DNA of 64,000 bases, from positions 76,384,001 to 76,448,000 of the forward strand of contig OZ024747.1 in NCBI GenBank assembly GCA_964016885.1. Direction: 5' to 3'. The DNA is from Eledone cirrhosa. Its lineage: Eukaryota. This document shows positions 27,274-43,290 of this stretch, one piece after another (the stretch's first letter is position 1; each line of letters starts with the position of its first letter). The notes under the pieces were generated by a model that worked only from the letters and a program-made list of their open reading frames with translations, searched no databases and was not told the DNA's origin. The translations under genes and the position numbers were made by a program.

Positions 27274-27320
<47 letters not shown>

Positions 27321-27410
27321 TAACATTAAAATTTAAGCAAACAATCGCTGCTTTCATCCTCTTTGGATTATAGTCTTCACAATTATTATTATTACTATAT
27401 ATATATATGC

Positions 27411-27535
<125 letters not shown>

Positions 27536-28515
27536 AATGGACTAAGGCCTGTGTAATTTGGCCTTCTTTTGCATAGCCTGTGTAATTATAAATGGTAGGG
27601 TATATGAGGTAGTAGGAAATGCTTTATAGCGTACATGATTTCGACTTCCTTATTTTATGGTTTACCAAGCCTCTTTGAAATTTGTTATGGGAGTGAGACC
27701 CATTGGACACGCATGCCCGTCTCTTAGCTGGCTGGTATTGCCGAAGTCAATTTCACATCAGGTGGTTCAGCTAAGATACATTCTTGTTTTTATAATTCAA
27801 ATGATGTTCGAGGATATTAACATGATTGTAGCTGTAGATATTAGACTTTTAGTAGTATGTGGTATAATTAATGGAAATTATGACAGATGTCTTATTGTTA
27901 GTAAGAATGTTGATACAGCGTTAATTATTCTACTGACGTTATTTAGAAAGTGTTGGTGACATTGTTGCTGATGTTCATGATACTCATACTGCATCTATTG
28001 CAGATGGAGAGGAAACGATGTAGCATCTCTGAAACTTAAATCAATGACAAACTCTCCTAAGTATTTACACATTATTTATGTGATAAAATGGAAAGCAAAA
28101 AGACAGAGAACGAAAAATAAACATTTTAAAAGATAAAAATAGCATGAGTGAGATAGAAAAGATTTTAAACCTCGCTATTAATAGATAATCTTATACAAAT
28201 TTTAAAAAAAATACTTACATAAGGAAAGATGTCAATATACAGAGAGAAGTTAAAAGTCTTATATTCTTTGATGAATATTAGACATTGATTAAATTCTCCA
28301 TTCTTTATTTCATTTATAAATGGATTGCTTACATAAAGGTAGGGTTTTGCCGATTGTTGGCTTATAATAAGTAATTATAATAGTAATTAACTTCGTATTG
28401 TTGTTATTGAATTTATTTCTGAATCATTCTCACTTATTCCAATGTTTGCTCTCTGCTGCAGTTTTAAGATTTTACACGAGTCGTTTAGATTGCTTTTCTC
28501 AATCTTCGTGGATTA

Positions 28516-28554
28516 TTTCAACAGCTAGTTCTAGTCTAGAACTAGCTGTTGAAA
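28516..28554. repeat. Perfect 19-bp-arm palindrome, 1-nt loop
   Basis: TTTCAACAGCTAGTTCTAG-T-CTAGAACTAGCTGTTGAAA. Confidence 0.95.
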
Positions 28555-29364
28555 CGACAAGAGCTCAGCCATTGGGGCCCCGACATTTTATAATATAACT
28601 CTACTACCTTAAGTATCGAGTACTCTGTTGAGTAATATATACATACATAATGGCTGCAAACTTTTAGGCTACGGCCAGCCACACGAACCTGTAACATATC
28701 CTGAAAAAGCAATGTCTGTGCTTTGAAGGTTTTTTAATTGGGAAAGGCCTTGCACTCGACTAATCCCACTCTCTGAAAACACTACATACATACATACATA
28801 CATACATACATACATACATACATACATACATACATACATACATACATACATACGTATAGGTGAATGAGTGGGGATGTAACATCATACAGTTTCCGTAAAT
28901 AACAATTAGACCATCAGGTGAACTACGCTAAACAGAGCCCCTAAGATTTGAAGCCTCATTATTTCGGATGATGTGTAGTACTAAAGATAGAAGATAAAGA
29001 AAGATTGTTGCATTAGTAGAGTAGCCTCATAACCAACGTTCTCTCATTTCTACTAATATCACATTTTGTTAAGCGAAATCGGAATAACGAAAGACTCCAT
29101 TGACAATGTTATAATTTGAACTGCGATAGTTTTATTGTCCACTTTCCTGTGAATAAGATTTATTCACCACCTTTTCACTGAACTATTGATCTTTCTAAAG
29201 TTAATCTTGGAAATATTGTCGATATTGTATCCGATTAATGATGAGAAGACTGAAATTGTAAGACTTTCTATTTTTACTATAACTTTAACAACACCTATTT
29301 AATGCATATTTTTATTCAGCAAACGTTAATGTATTATTCAACACGTTGTATTTCTTAAGAACGA

Positions 29365-30480
<1,116 letters not shown>

Positions 30481-31520
30481 ATATAAACCAACATTGATCA
30501 TTGTCGGTGGATAAGTAGAAACAGTAAAATGTCAACCAAAAGGCAATTCAGTAATTATTTTCTCCATTCTCTTTCTAATTATGAATCCAGATACCAACTC
30601 CATTTATTAGCATACCGAGACGTGTTCTTAACTTAGACTTCTCGCTAGTATCGAGATCTTGGGGTTCATTTATCAGTTCTTCATAGTTTAAAATATTATT
30701 TTCATAAAATTTCAGTTTACTATGTGGTACTCTAGCGGTCATTTTCTCTCTGTTTCTCTCTATCCCTTTCTTTCTAATTCTTTCTCTCCCCCCCCCCTCT
30801 CTCTCCCTCTCTTTATCTGTCTCTCTCTCCCTCTATCTCTCTCTCTTTCTGTCGCTCTCTCTATGTATATATTACATATATATGTGTGTGTTTGAATAAA
30901 AACACATCTTGTTTTCTCTTATTTTTCTCTTTTTGTGTTAAACACTTTTTATTAAAAAATATATTAAACGAAAAATATAAATGTATCTTGTTATCTCACA
31001 ATAACAATGTTTTCAATCAAGCCTTGACCTTGGCGACGGCGAGGAATTTTCTTTTCCGAACAAAATAAAAGAGCTTTGCTTGCTGGATAGAACAAGATTA
31101 GAGTGACTTTACAGGTCAATCAAATTTCAACATCCATCTTGTATTATTTGAGTAAAAGTCTTATCAAGTTTAATCAAATTTTCAAACTTTTATTTTACTT
31201 TCATATTAACAAAAGAAAAGACAACATTAAATGTGAATGCCTTTATACTACACAAAAAGAAATCATTTTTTAATATTATTTTTTATCTTGTGTATATTCT
31301 GTGTTCGACAATGATGAAGACTTTTTTCATAGATTTCTGTCTGACACAGAGGGGCTTTTTTTTACTCACATATATGAATAAATATTGTTATGAGCACGGT
31401 TTATAACAACTTATTTCGTGAAACTGCACAGTAATTTCTTCAAAAGCCTCTAGCTGTAACTTAACTAATGTCTTGCGAGAAATATTTAGTAGCGAGAAAT
31501 TGTGCTCGAAATATGCATAC

Positions 31521-31595
<75 letters not shown>

Positions 31596-31882
31596 ATGTA
31601 GGAGGTGAGTTTTATTGTAGCACAATAAAGCAATGCAAATATCAGATAAGTAGCACTCAACAGTTTATTGGACTGGAGTATATATAAGATTATAAGACTG
31701 GGGTATATATGTTAATTAGACACTACCTTGCTCACAAGTGATTTTTAAGCTTCATATCAAGTCTCCCTATTTTATCTGATGAGAACGCAAATATCGTCCC
31801 AGGATGATATTTGTTTTTTAAATGCGCATAATAAAATACATGGAACTTTTTTAACCATCTTTTAATTTCTTCTTTTAATTTG

Positions 31883-31980
<98 letters not shown>

Positions 31981-32150
31981 ATAAATGCCATTGTTAAATA
32001 ATAAATAAATCAACTAATACCTTAACACTTCACACAAAGTAAAACATTTTGTTTTAATAATTTTCTAACCCAGAAAAAAGAGAGAGAGAGACAAAAAAAG
32101 GAAAATAATATATATTTTTTTCTTCCTCATAATCGTCTCTTTCTCCCTAT

Positions 32151-32178
<28 letters not shown>

Positions 32179-32186
<8 letters not shown>

Positions 32187-33049
32187 AAGTGAGTCCTTCA
32201 TCAGTGACCCTCCAACCGTCCTCGGCATTTCATCGCTTTAAGGGCCATATGCCTCAGGTTGGTGCGAACAACGGCTAAAAAAAGTCGTTGGGACACGTAA
32301 ACAAAGGGGACGCTAGAGTAACAACAAAAAAGTTTAAGCAACGGAAATGCTGCCTTCGTCTGTTTCGTTCCTTGTATCTTTACCACTTCTAGCAGTCTCT
32401 CTCTCTGTTAGCCTCCTCCTCAACTTTCACTCACTCATTCTCTGTCACTACCTCTCCTCCTCCTCTTTCCTCCTCCTCCTTCAAGTTTGACCTGTGTGTA
32501 ATTCTTTTCTCGCGCGGTCTTGACCGAGCTGGTATGGAATTTTTTTCTCTCTCTCTTTCGTCTGCGACTTCACAAAACTTGCGTTTACCGAATTCGTAGA
32601 CCAGACCCCTTTATCTTCTTCTTCTTCTTCTTCTTCTTCTTCTTCTTCTTCTTCTTCTTCTTCTTCTTCTTCTTCTTCTTCTTCTTCTTCCTCTTCTCTC
32701 CTTTCTCTCTCCCCCCCCCCCCGTCAAACTTGGGCGAAATTCTTTCCTTGCTCACATTTCAACCAGGTTTGATTGTCTTTTGTCTCTTGTTCACGATTTC
32801 ACAGAGTTTATATTCATAGAGATCTGGGACTTGTCTATTTCTACTCACTTTCCGTTGCTTAAACTTTTTTGTTGTTACTCTAGCGTCCCCTTTGTTTACG
32901 TGTCCCAACGACTTTTTTTAGCCGTTGTTCGCACCAACCTGAGGCATATGGCCCTTAAAGCGATGAAATGCCGAGGACGGTTGGAGGGTCACTGATGAAG
33001 GACTCACTTTTTCATATGTATCCCATTTGCAGCGCCGCAGCTCCATTAT

Positions 33050-33050
<1 letters not shown>
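32179..33050 (+). mobile_element. Family A element with 5' inverted copy of its 3' end
   Basis: 32179-32347 is the reverse complement of 32849-33017 (about 169 bp). Internal (TTC)n tract; flanked by (TA)n. Confidence 0.88.
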
Positions 33051-33094
<44 letters not shown>

Positions 33095-33114
33095 GGGGTG
33101 GGTGGGTGTGTGTG

Positions 33115-33176
<62 letters not shown>

Positions 33177-33177
33177 C

Positions 33178-33223
<46 letters not shown>

Positions 33224-33249
33224 ATAAATAAATATATATATATATATAT

Positions 33250-33312
33250 TTTACTCTTTTACTCTTTTACCTGTTCCAGTCATCCGTCTGAGGCCATCCT
33301 GGAGCATCGCCC
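33250..33312 (-). mobile_element. 3' tail fragment of another SINE family
   Basis: (TTTTACTC)n-CTGTTCCAGTCA...GGCCATCCTGGAGCATCGCC resembles, from recall, a common octopus SINE tail in reverse orientation. Confidence 0.5.
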
Positions 33313-34257
33313 TTGTTGCTACACGTTCTATCTCCAGCCTGTGTTGGCTAGCCATTGGTGTAAGAGGGAGTTCGTTGCTGCTGCCCTTAAGTTACCTTCG
33401 TACCGTGCTGTGTCTCATCCGGGATCCTGGATAGCAGAGTGTTAATATATATATATAAACATGATATGAATTAAATTGGTGCAATTGGTGTGTAAACATT
33501 TTCTATAAATACACTTATATAATGTGTAAGCATATAAATAATCTAGAACATACAAATAGATGCGTGTATGTAATAACTTTTGTAATTTAGACATGTCAAC
33601 ATTTTGGGAAATGGGAACAGTCAATTACGCAAACCTCAGTACTTGACTCGTAATTTATTTTTCCGAGTCTCTGAGTAAGAAGGCGAAGGGATATGCTTAA
33701 TATGACAAACGTTTTGATATATATATATATATCATAAATAACTATATTACCACCACCAATTGAACAACGCACGTTTGATAGGATAAATTCTGAAAAAACC
33801 TTCAGAAGTTTTTTGCTGTGGATATTATTAATAAGTGCACATATACAATATCGGAAAAACTTTCTTCTGGAAGGAGGAATACAAAACAGAAAAAATATAA
33901 CGTAAAATATAAAGATGCATCATGTGCAGCAGAGTATAAGAAAAGGGTGAATATTATTACTTATTCGAAGCATTTTAAATAGTATAACTTTAGTATACAA
34001 AATATGCTAAAATGAAAATATAACATAAACCACATTGAAAACCTATCGATTTTTTTCTGTACAATCACATGAACGTGGACAAATACAAATGATAGCGAAA
34101 GTACATTTATATATATGTTTCTCTATATGTGACTGTGTGTATGCTTTCGTGCGTGTGTATGAATATGAAGTTGTTCCAACATTCGTAAATATATATTCTC
34201 CTACATGAATAAAGATGTTTGCATTTATTTGCATATATATGTTACATCATTTATATA

Positions 34258-34306
<49 letters not shown>

Positions 34307-34369
34307 AAATACGTTTATATGAATATATGTATAATGTGTTTACGTATATATATATATATATATATATAC

Positions 34370-35542
<1,173 letters not shown>

Positions 35543-35703
35543 CACATATATCTACATACATTATATACATATATATATGATAAAGATAACCCTCAAACCC
35601 TCCATCTCAATTATGCTTTTCAAAAGCATGAGAACAGTGAAACCGGTAAAGGAAATAAATAAATATTCTTAAAAAGACGCCAGTTGCATTTTCGATTTCT
35701 TTC

Positions 35704-35820
<117 letters not shown>

Positions 35821-35888
35821 TATAAATATATATACACATATATATATATATATATAGTTATATATATATATAATTATATATATATATA

Positions 35889-35933
<45 letters not shown>

Positions 35934-35944
35934 ATATATATATG

Positions 35945-36025
<81 letters not shown>

Positions 36026-36292
36026 GATAGTCTTACGTCAATGCATGCATGCACACTGATGTACATGCATATACATGCATTCTAGTAGTTTCTCTATGAT
36101 TTACACATATATATAAATATACGTGCTCATAATTTACGCAGGTTTATATGCAGCAATATCCATCTCTTTCACTCTCTCCCTTTATCGTCTCTCTTTCTCT
36201 CACTCTCTCTCTCTCGCTCTCTCTCTATATATATATATATGCATCTCTACACCTCTTTAGTTGTATGTGCCTACGTATGATTGTATAAATAA

Positions 36293-36355
<63 letters not shown>

Positions 36356-37362
36356 TAAGTATGTTTTATAAAGGAAATTGTGAATATTATCTGTCAATTT
36401 GTTTTCGGAATTTTCTTTGGTAATCTTCCCTTAATCTAGTTTGCATTCATCTACTTAACTTAGTTAATCAAACTTCAATTCAATATTATCCAATGAAGAT
36501 TGATCATTCTGAACAAATGCCATCGTCGCAACACATACAAATGCAAAAGTGAACGGAATTAATAAAAATAACAATAATATTATTTGTTCGCTTTGTAAAG
36601 TAGATTATTTCCAACTTCTCTGTTTCTTTATTCGTCTTATGTTTTCCTTGTTTCTCTTTTTTGCATTTTTTGCTTGTTCGTTGCTTTTATTATGCGTGTG
36701 AGAAGGTGTTAAACGGAAGCAAATCCAACAAGATTTCAAGTAAGAAGTTTTGAATTGAACGTGTATCGTTGTAAATTTTAAATTATAATATCGCCATTTT
36801 CTTCTATGCTTCCTCATCTGAATTGGCGACATGTTGGATTGTTTTCTTGTTTTGTTCCATGATTTTTTGTGATATTAATCGGGGATGGGGGTCAAAGAAT
36901 TAAACTTCTTTCATGATTTTTCTTATTACAATTCGGGTTGGTGGTGGATCTATAAGAAACTGCAGAGCAAATGTGCTTTACAGAACTTGATTAGTAAAAG
37001 CACATTCGTAACTAAATTTAAAGACTACGTTCAAAATGTTCATAATACCAATGGATTTGGAGTTTATTTCGTGCAAGTTTCACAGTGTCTTTTAGTTTCG
37101 GTGTCTTTTAGTTTCAGAGAAGAGATATCATAACTGTAACGTTTACTGTATGTGTTCTAGTTTGTGGACACTTTTCCTGTGATTTCTGCAGGTATTTGAG
37201 CAGAAACGTACAGACACTGAATATTAATTGTAGCTTGGAATATAGGCCGCCTTCATTATTCTGTTTTCCAAATGCAGGGAATATAAATATTCATATATAT
37301 ATTAAGCTATTTGTAAAATATCCTGATCACCAAATATTTATTTTCTTCTTATTCGAAGGTAA

Positions 37363-37689
37363 TTATACCACATCGATTCCTGATTATATTTGTTTGTTTG
37401 TTCTTTTTAAATATATATTTGAACACCTTTCCTGCTCGAAATATCGAGGTGTTCAAATATATATTCACATTTACTAAATGACAATCTGGAAAGTCGGTCT
37501 TACACTTAGATCAATCGTTTTAACTTCATCAGCCAAGAACTGGAAACAGAAGTTAAAATGTTTGATCTAAGTGTAACACCGACTTTGTAGATGGTCATTT
37601 GGTAGATGTGGATAATATCGAGCAGGAAAGGTGTTCAAATATGCTTTTAAAAATAACAACAAATATCATCAGGAATCGATGTGGTATAA
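37363..37689. repeat. Old diverged foldback/inverted repeat
   Basis: 37363-37527 vs 37549-37689 (e.g. ATACCACATCGATTCCTGAT/ATCAGGAATCGATGTGGTAT; TTACACTTAGATCAA/TTGATCTAAGTGTAA). Confidence 0.85.
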
Positions 37690-38124
37690 ATTCCTTAATA
37701 TCGAGATATTAAAAATAATAATTCTGTGATACTTTTGGCTGAGAATTCAGTTACCCATCTAAGCAGAAAAAATATGTATGTACTGTAATATAGAAATATA
37801 TTTTAAAAAGCTGTTTGATACATTCTTTTGCATGTAAGCTTTTACTTGCATAACTATGAGTAACATAATAATTTTTTTTCCAGTGGAGGTGTCATATGAT
37901 GATATATGAGGGGCATCTGAATAGCTAATAGGCTTAATAGGAAGAATTGATGCTAGAGCTGTGAAGTTTTCCATTTATTAATTTCAACTCTTCTTATAAA
38001 TAACTGCATTCTTTCTCGAGACTATGTTGTAAAATAAATCACATTTGGTCATTCCATGTGAGTATCTTGGTCAACTTGTGAACTGTTCAGTCGACCTTCA
38101 TAGTGTTCTATATATATATATATA

Positions 38125-38808
38125 TATTTACGTGTCCCAACGACTTTTTTTAGCCGTTGCTCGCACCAACCGGAGGTATATGGTCTTTAAAGCGATGAAA
38201 TACCAATGATGGTTGGAAGATCACTGATGAAGGACTAACTTTATTCATATGTAACCCATTTGCAACCACGCAGCACGTTTATTCTCATATTTACACAGAT
38301 TTTTTTCCCCCGCTGTGACCCGTCTATTTCGTTCTTACTGCTTCCTCTTTCTCTGTATCTTTACCCTCTCTAACAGTCACTCTCTCTGTTAGCCTCTTCC
38401 TCACCCTTCACTCACTCACTCTCTGTTACTACCTCTCCTCCTCCTCCTTCTTCCCGTTTGACCTGTGCGTAATTCTTTTCTTTCGCACGCTTGGTCAGGC
38501 TGGTTCGCCTTTTTTCTCTCTCTCGTCTACGATTTCACAGAACTTATGTTTACCGAATTCACGGACTAGATTCCTTCTTCCTCCCGTTAGACCTGTACGG
38601 AATTCCTTCCTTGCTCACATTCCAACCAGGTTTGATGGTCTTTATTCTCTCTCGTTCACGATTTCACCGAACTTATATTCATGGAAATTTGGGACTTGAC
38701 TCGTTCTTCCTCACTTGTCGTTGCTTCACCATCTTTGTTTGTTTACACTCTCGTGTCCCCTTTATTTACGTGTCCCAACGACTTTTTTTAGCCGTTGCTC
38801 GCACCAAC
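38125..38808 (+). mobile_element. Family A element with terminal direct repeat (638-bp period)
   Basis: TATTTACGTGTCCCAACGACTTTTTTTAGCCGTTGCTCGCACCAAC at 38125-38170 and again at 38763-38808; TA-rich flanks. Confidence 0.88.
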
Positions 38809-38928
38809 GAGCATATATATTTTATATATATATAAAATGTTCGCTCTACATGGCTGAATAATGAGTCTTGTTTGCATAATTGCAAACGAATCGAATATTA
38901 TTATTAATATTCGAAAAACTCAGATTAC

Positions 38929-38980
<52 letters not shown>

Positions 38981-39728
38981 ACTGTTTAATACGTTCTTTT
39001 GCATGTATGCATTTACTTGTATAGCTAAGAGTAACATAATAAGAATTCCTTTTCAATGTTTTTTGTATTACATTTCCACTAGAAATGTGTTAAAATGATA
39101 TAGTTCAGCTGTTGTGTGAAATGGAATAGCGAACCGACGAAGGCGTTTTTTTTTTATGTTAACTCTAGCTTAGCTGTGCTCGAAATAACACCTGAATATT
39201 GCTGAAATTATATCATACTGTCTTAAAACAAAAAGGAAGATTTCGTAATATAATTCTAGAGAAGCACTCTGGAAAAATGGTGGATTATTTATGGATATGG
39301 TGTATCAGGTCAGACCAAATGATGATAGAATAAATAAATACTACTTATTTAAAGACGATTTATATTTTGCTTTCGTTATAAAATCCCCATGTACCTCAGC
39401 TTCGTGCAGCAGTTTGTCATGAAGAATAATCACTTTGAAATAGAGCTGTCGTTATCTGAAGGTTTGTAATGTGAGGCTTGTAATATCCCACTCTTTGCAG
39501 AAGAGAAGACATAGATTATAGTTTCAGATCAAAAGCTTTTAATCACTTATTGGGGAACGAGCTAGTGATGTATAGTTTTGCCTACTGAGTAGAAGCAACG
39601 TGATAAGGAATAGAGAGGAAATTATCTCTATACAAAACATTTTCCATTTTAAACATAATCTCTGTACAGCTAATTTACAATGAAAGTTCGTCACTTCATC
39701 TACATGTGTACGTGTGTCTAGACATGCG

Positions 39729-39815
39729 TATGTTAGCATGAGTTTGCATCCTCCTCTGAACTTTCATTGGAGACTAAATTGTATGCAAAAATGGTGCGTG
39801 AATGTATGCAAGTGA

Positions 39816-39899
<84 letters not shown>

Positions 39900-40017
39900 T
39901 ATATAATATATATATATATAATATATATATATATATATAATATATATATAATATATATACATATAACATATATATATAAATATAAATAAATCTATATATA
40001 TATATATTATATATAAT

Positions 40018-40051
<34 letters not shown>

Positions 40052-40198
40052 ATATATATATATATATATTATATATATATATTATATATAATATATATAT
40101 ATATAGATTTATTTATATTTATATATATATGTTATATGTATATATATTATATATATATTATATATATATATATATATTATATATATATATATTATATA

Positions 40199-40256
<58 letters not shown>

Positions 40257-40343
40257 TCACTTGCATACATTCACGCACCATTTTTGCATACAATTTAGTC
40301 TCCAATGAAAGTTCAGAGGAGGATGCAAACTCATGCTAACATA
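39729..40343. repeat. About 615-bp palindrome centred on an AT-only tract
   Basis: Unique arm 39729-39820 is the reverse complement of 40252-40343; the inner AT-rich sequence is also mirrored (TAAATAAATCT/AGATTTATTTA). Confidence 0.93.
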
Positions 40344-40358
40344 TAATATATATATAGA

Positions 40359-40398
<40 letters not shown>

Positions 40399-40540
40399 TA
40401 TATGAATATGTATGTGTGTGTGTGTGCGCGCGCGCGCGTGCGTGAGTGCGGGTGTGTGGGTGGGTGTGACTATGAATACAGCAGATTTCCTCCAGAGAAG
40501 GATAGTGAGTGATGGAATTGAAGTGAGAAAGAGATATATA

Positions 40541-41672
40541 CCGACCCTCAATGGATGAAAGGGAAAGTTGACCTCTCTGGGATTTGGACTCAGAGAGCAG
40601 AGAGCCAAAACGTATACCGCAAAACATTCTATCTGACGTTCTAACGACTGCCATTCTATCTGACGCTCTCACCACTCTACCATTCTATCTGACATTCTCA
40701 CCACTCTACCATTCTATCTGACATTCTCACCACTCTACCATAATATCTGACGTTCTAACCACTCTAGCATTCTATCTGACGCTCTCACCACTCTGCCATT
40801 CTATCTGACGTTCTCACCACTCTACCATTCTATCTGACGCTCTCACCACTCTAGCATTCTATCTGACGCTCTCACCACTCTGCCATTCTATCTGACGTTC
40901 TCACCACTCTACCATTCTATCTGACGCTCTCACCACTCTACCATTCTATCTGACGTTATCACCACTCTACCATTCTATCTGACGTTCTAACCACTCTACC
41001 ATTCTATCTGACGTTCTCACCACTCTGCCATTCTATCTGACGTTCTCACCACTCTACCATTCTATCTGGCGTTCTCACCACTCTACCATTCTATCTGACG
41101 TTCTAACCACTCTACCATTCTATCTGACGTTCTCACCACTCTACCATTCTATCTGACGTTCTAACGACTGCCATTCTATCTGACGTTCTCACCACTCTGC
41201 CATTCTATCTGACGCTCTCACCACTCTACCATTCTATCTGACGTTCTCACCACTCTGCCATTCTATCTGACGTTCTAACCACTCTACCATTCTATCTGAC
41301 GTTCTAACGACTGCCATTCTATCTGACGTTCTCACCACTCTACCATTCTATCTGACGTTCTCACCACTCTACCATTCTATCTGACGTTCTCACCACTCTA
41401 CCATTCTATCTGACGTTCTCACCACTCTACCATTCTATCTGACGTTCTCACCACTCTACTATTCTATCTGACGTTCTCACCACCCTACCATTCTATCTGA
41501 CGTTCTAACCACTCTACCATTCTATCTGACGTTCTCACCACTCTACCATTCTATCTGACATTCTAACCACTCTACTATTATATCTGACGTTCTAACCACT
41601 CTACCATTCTATCTGACGTTCTAACAACTCTACCGTTCTATCCGACGTTCTAACAACTCTGCCAATTTACCG
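40541..41672 (-). mobile_element. tRNA-derived SINE with an internal tandem expansion of its head
   Basis: Minus strand: GGTAAATTGGCAGAGTTGTTAGAACGTCGGATAGAA head, then the array, then CTGAGTCCAAATCCCAGAGAGGTCAACTTTCCCTTTCATCCATTGAGGGTCG body. Confidence 0.82.
40625..41665 (+). repeat. 29-bp tandem satellite (CATTCTATCTGACGTTCTCACCACTCTAC), about 36 copies with a few 27-bp variants
   Basis: Tandem units read directly from the sequence. Confidence 0.97.
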
Positions 41673-42095
41673 ACTTATCATACGCATATAACACACAAAA
41701 TCACAGCTATTCAAAAATAAATTACTCGGTCATTATTCACAAATTGGAGGAACAATAAATGTAATATAATATTTCCAATATCATTGTTGTATGTAGTGTG
41801 CAGTTTCACACGATATCTAATTTTATAGTCCTTAATAGCTACTACTGTTGCCGCTGTAACTGTAGTATTGGTGCTGCATAACCGCTGATTCCCTTTCTAG
41901 TTCTGTAGCTAGATAAATCATGAGACATTCATACCACACTCCTTAAATAATCTTCTCTATCACTTTCTAATCGCACTTCATTTTCTTCTCTCCACCCTAC
42001 CACATCTGTATATATACATCTCTTTATATATGTCGTTCTGTGTTTCTATCTTTCTCCCTCTCCCTCTTTGTATTTATTACTATCTCAATATCTAT

Positions 42096-42268
<173 letters not shown>

Positions 42269-42921
42269 TCTTCTTTATGTCTTGCTCTCTTCATTCTATC
42301 ATCAGTAACTGTTAGATTAATTTTCTCACCGTTGTTATTTGACATGAATCATTGCATGATGGAATAAAGTTATCTAAATCCATATTTCCACTTCACTTTA
42401 ATAAAACAAGCAAAATAAATGAACGCAGTTTTAATACAATTTGAGGGAATACAAAATGTACTTGATGCTAGATAACCAGTTCATATACAGAAAATTTTAC
42501 GAAGGATTCTGTACTCATTTACATATAAAGGAACCTCTGTTCATCTGTTTCATTTCATCAATTCACGGTAAAGTAGGAGGGGTGAAAATGAGGAAAAGAA
42601 AATAACGAGAAAAAATTCTTGGCAATATAGGACATTTTTCTTTTAATCTACTCATGAATATAGATTACAGACATTTTTATATTCTTTTAACTTCTTGATT
42701 ACTTCACCAAAGATTGATAGAATTTAGTGACTTGCTGAAAGTATTGCATAATGTATTATTAATGTGTGTAATGGTAAGAATCCATCGTAATGAAAGAAAG
42801 AAGCATATGGGGAGTATCGACAAATGGTTTTCTACTTTTTTCTGTATAATTCTTTATTTCATTCTTGATTTTACTGTAGGTTGCACCCATAGATATCACT
42901 TTCACTTCATTTATCATCAGA

Positions 42922-42967
<46 letters not shown>

Positions 42968-42991
42968 GGTAATGTATATATATGTAAAAGG

Positions 42992-43290
<299 letters not shown>

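Larger units (their letters stand above)
26459..27280. mobile_element. Inverted + partial-tandem element (Penelope pLTR-like arrangement)
   Basis: Arms 26459-26667 and 26679-26888 are near-perfect reverse complements with an 11-nt spacer. A third, more diverged direct copy at about 26984-27280 includes the spacer GACAAGAGTGG. Confidence 0.85.

Noticed and set aside
35600-35665. Hairpin + GAAACCGGTA + AATAAA between TA tracts
   Set aside because: Looks like the 3' half of the hammerhead cassette, but no CTGANGA was found upstream.
40625-41665. CRISPR-like 29-bp repeats
   Set aside because: Units are directly adjacent with no spacers; explained by SINE-head expansion.
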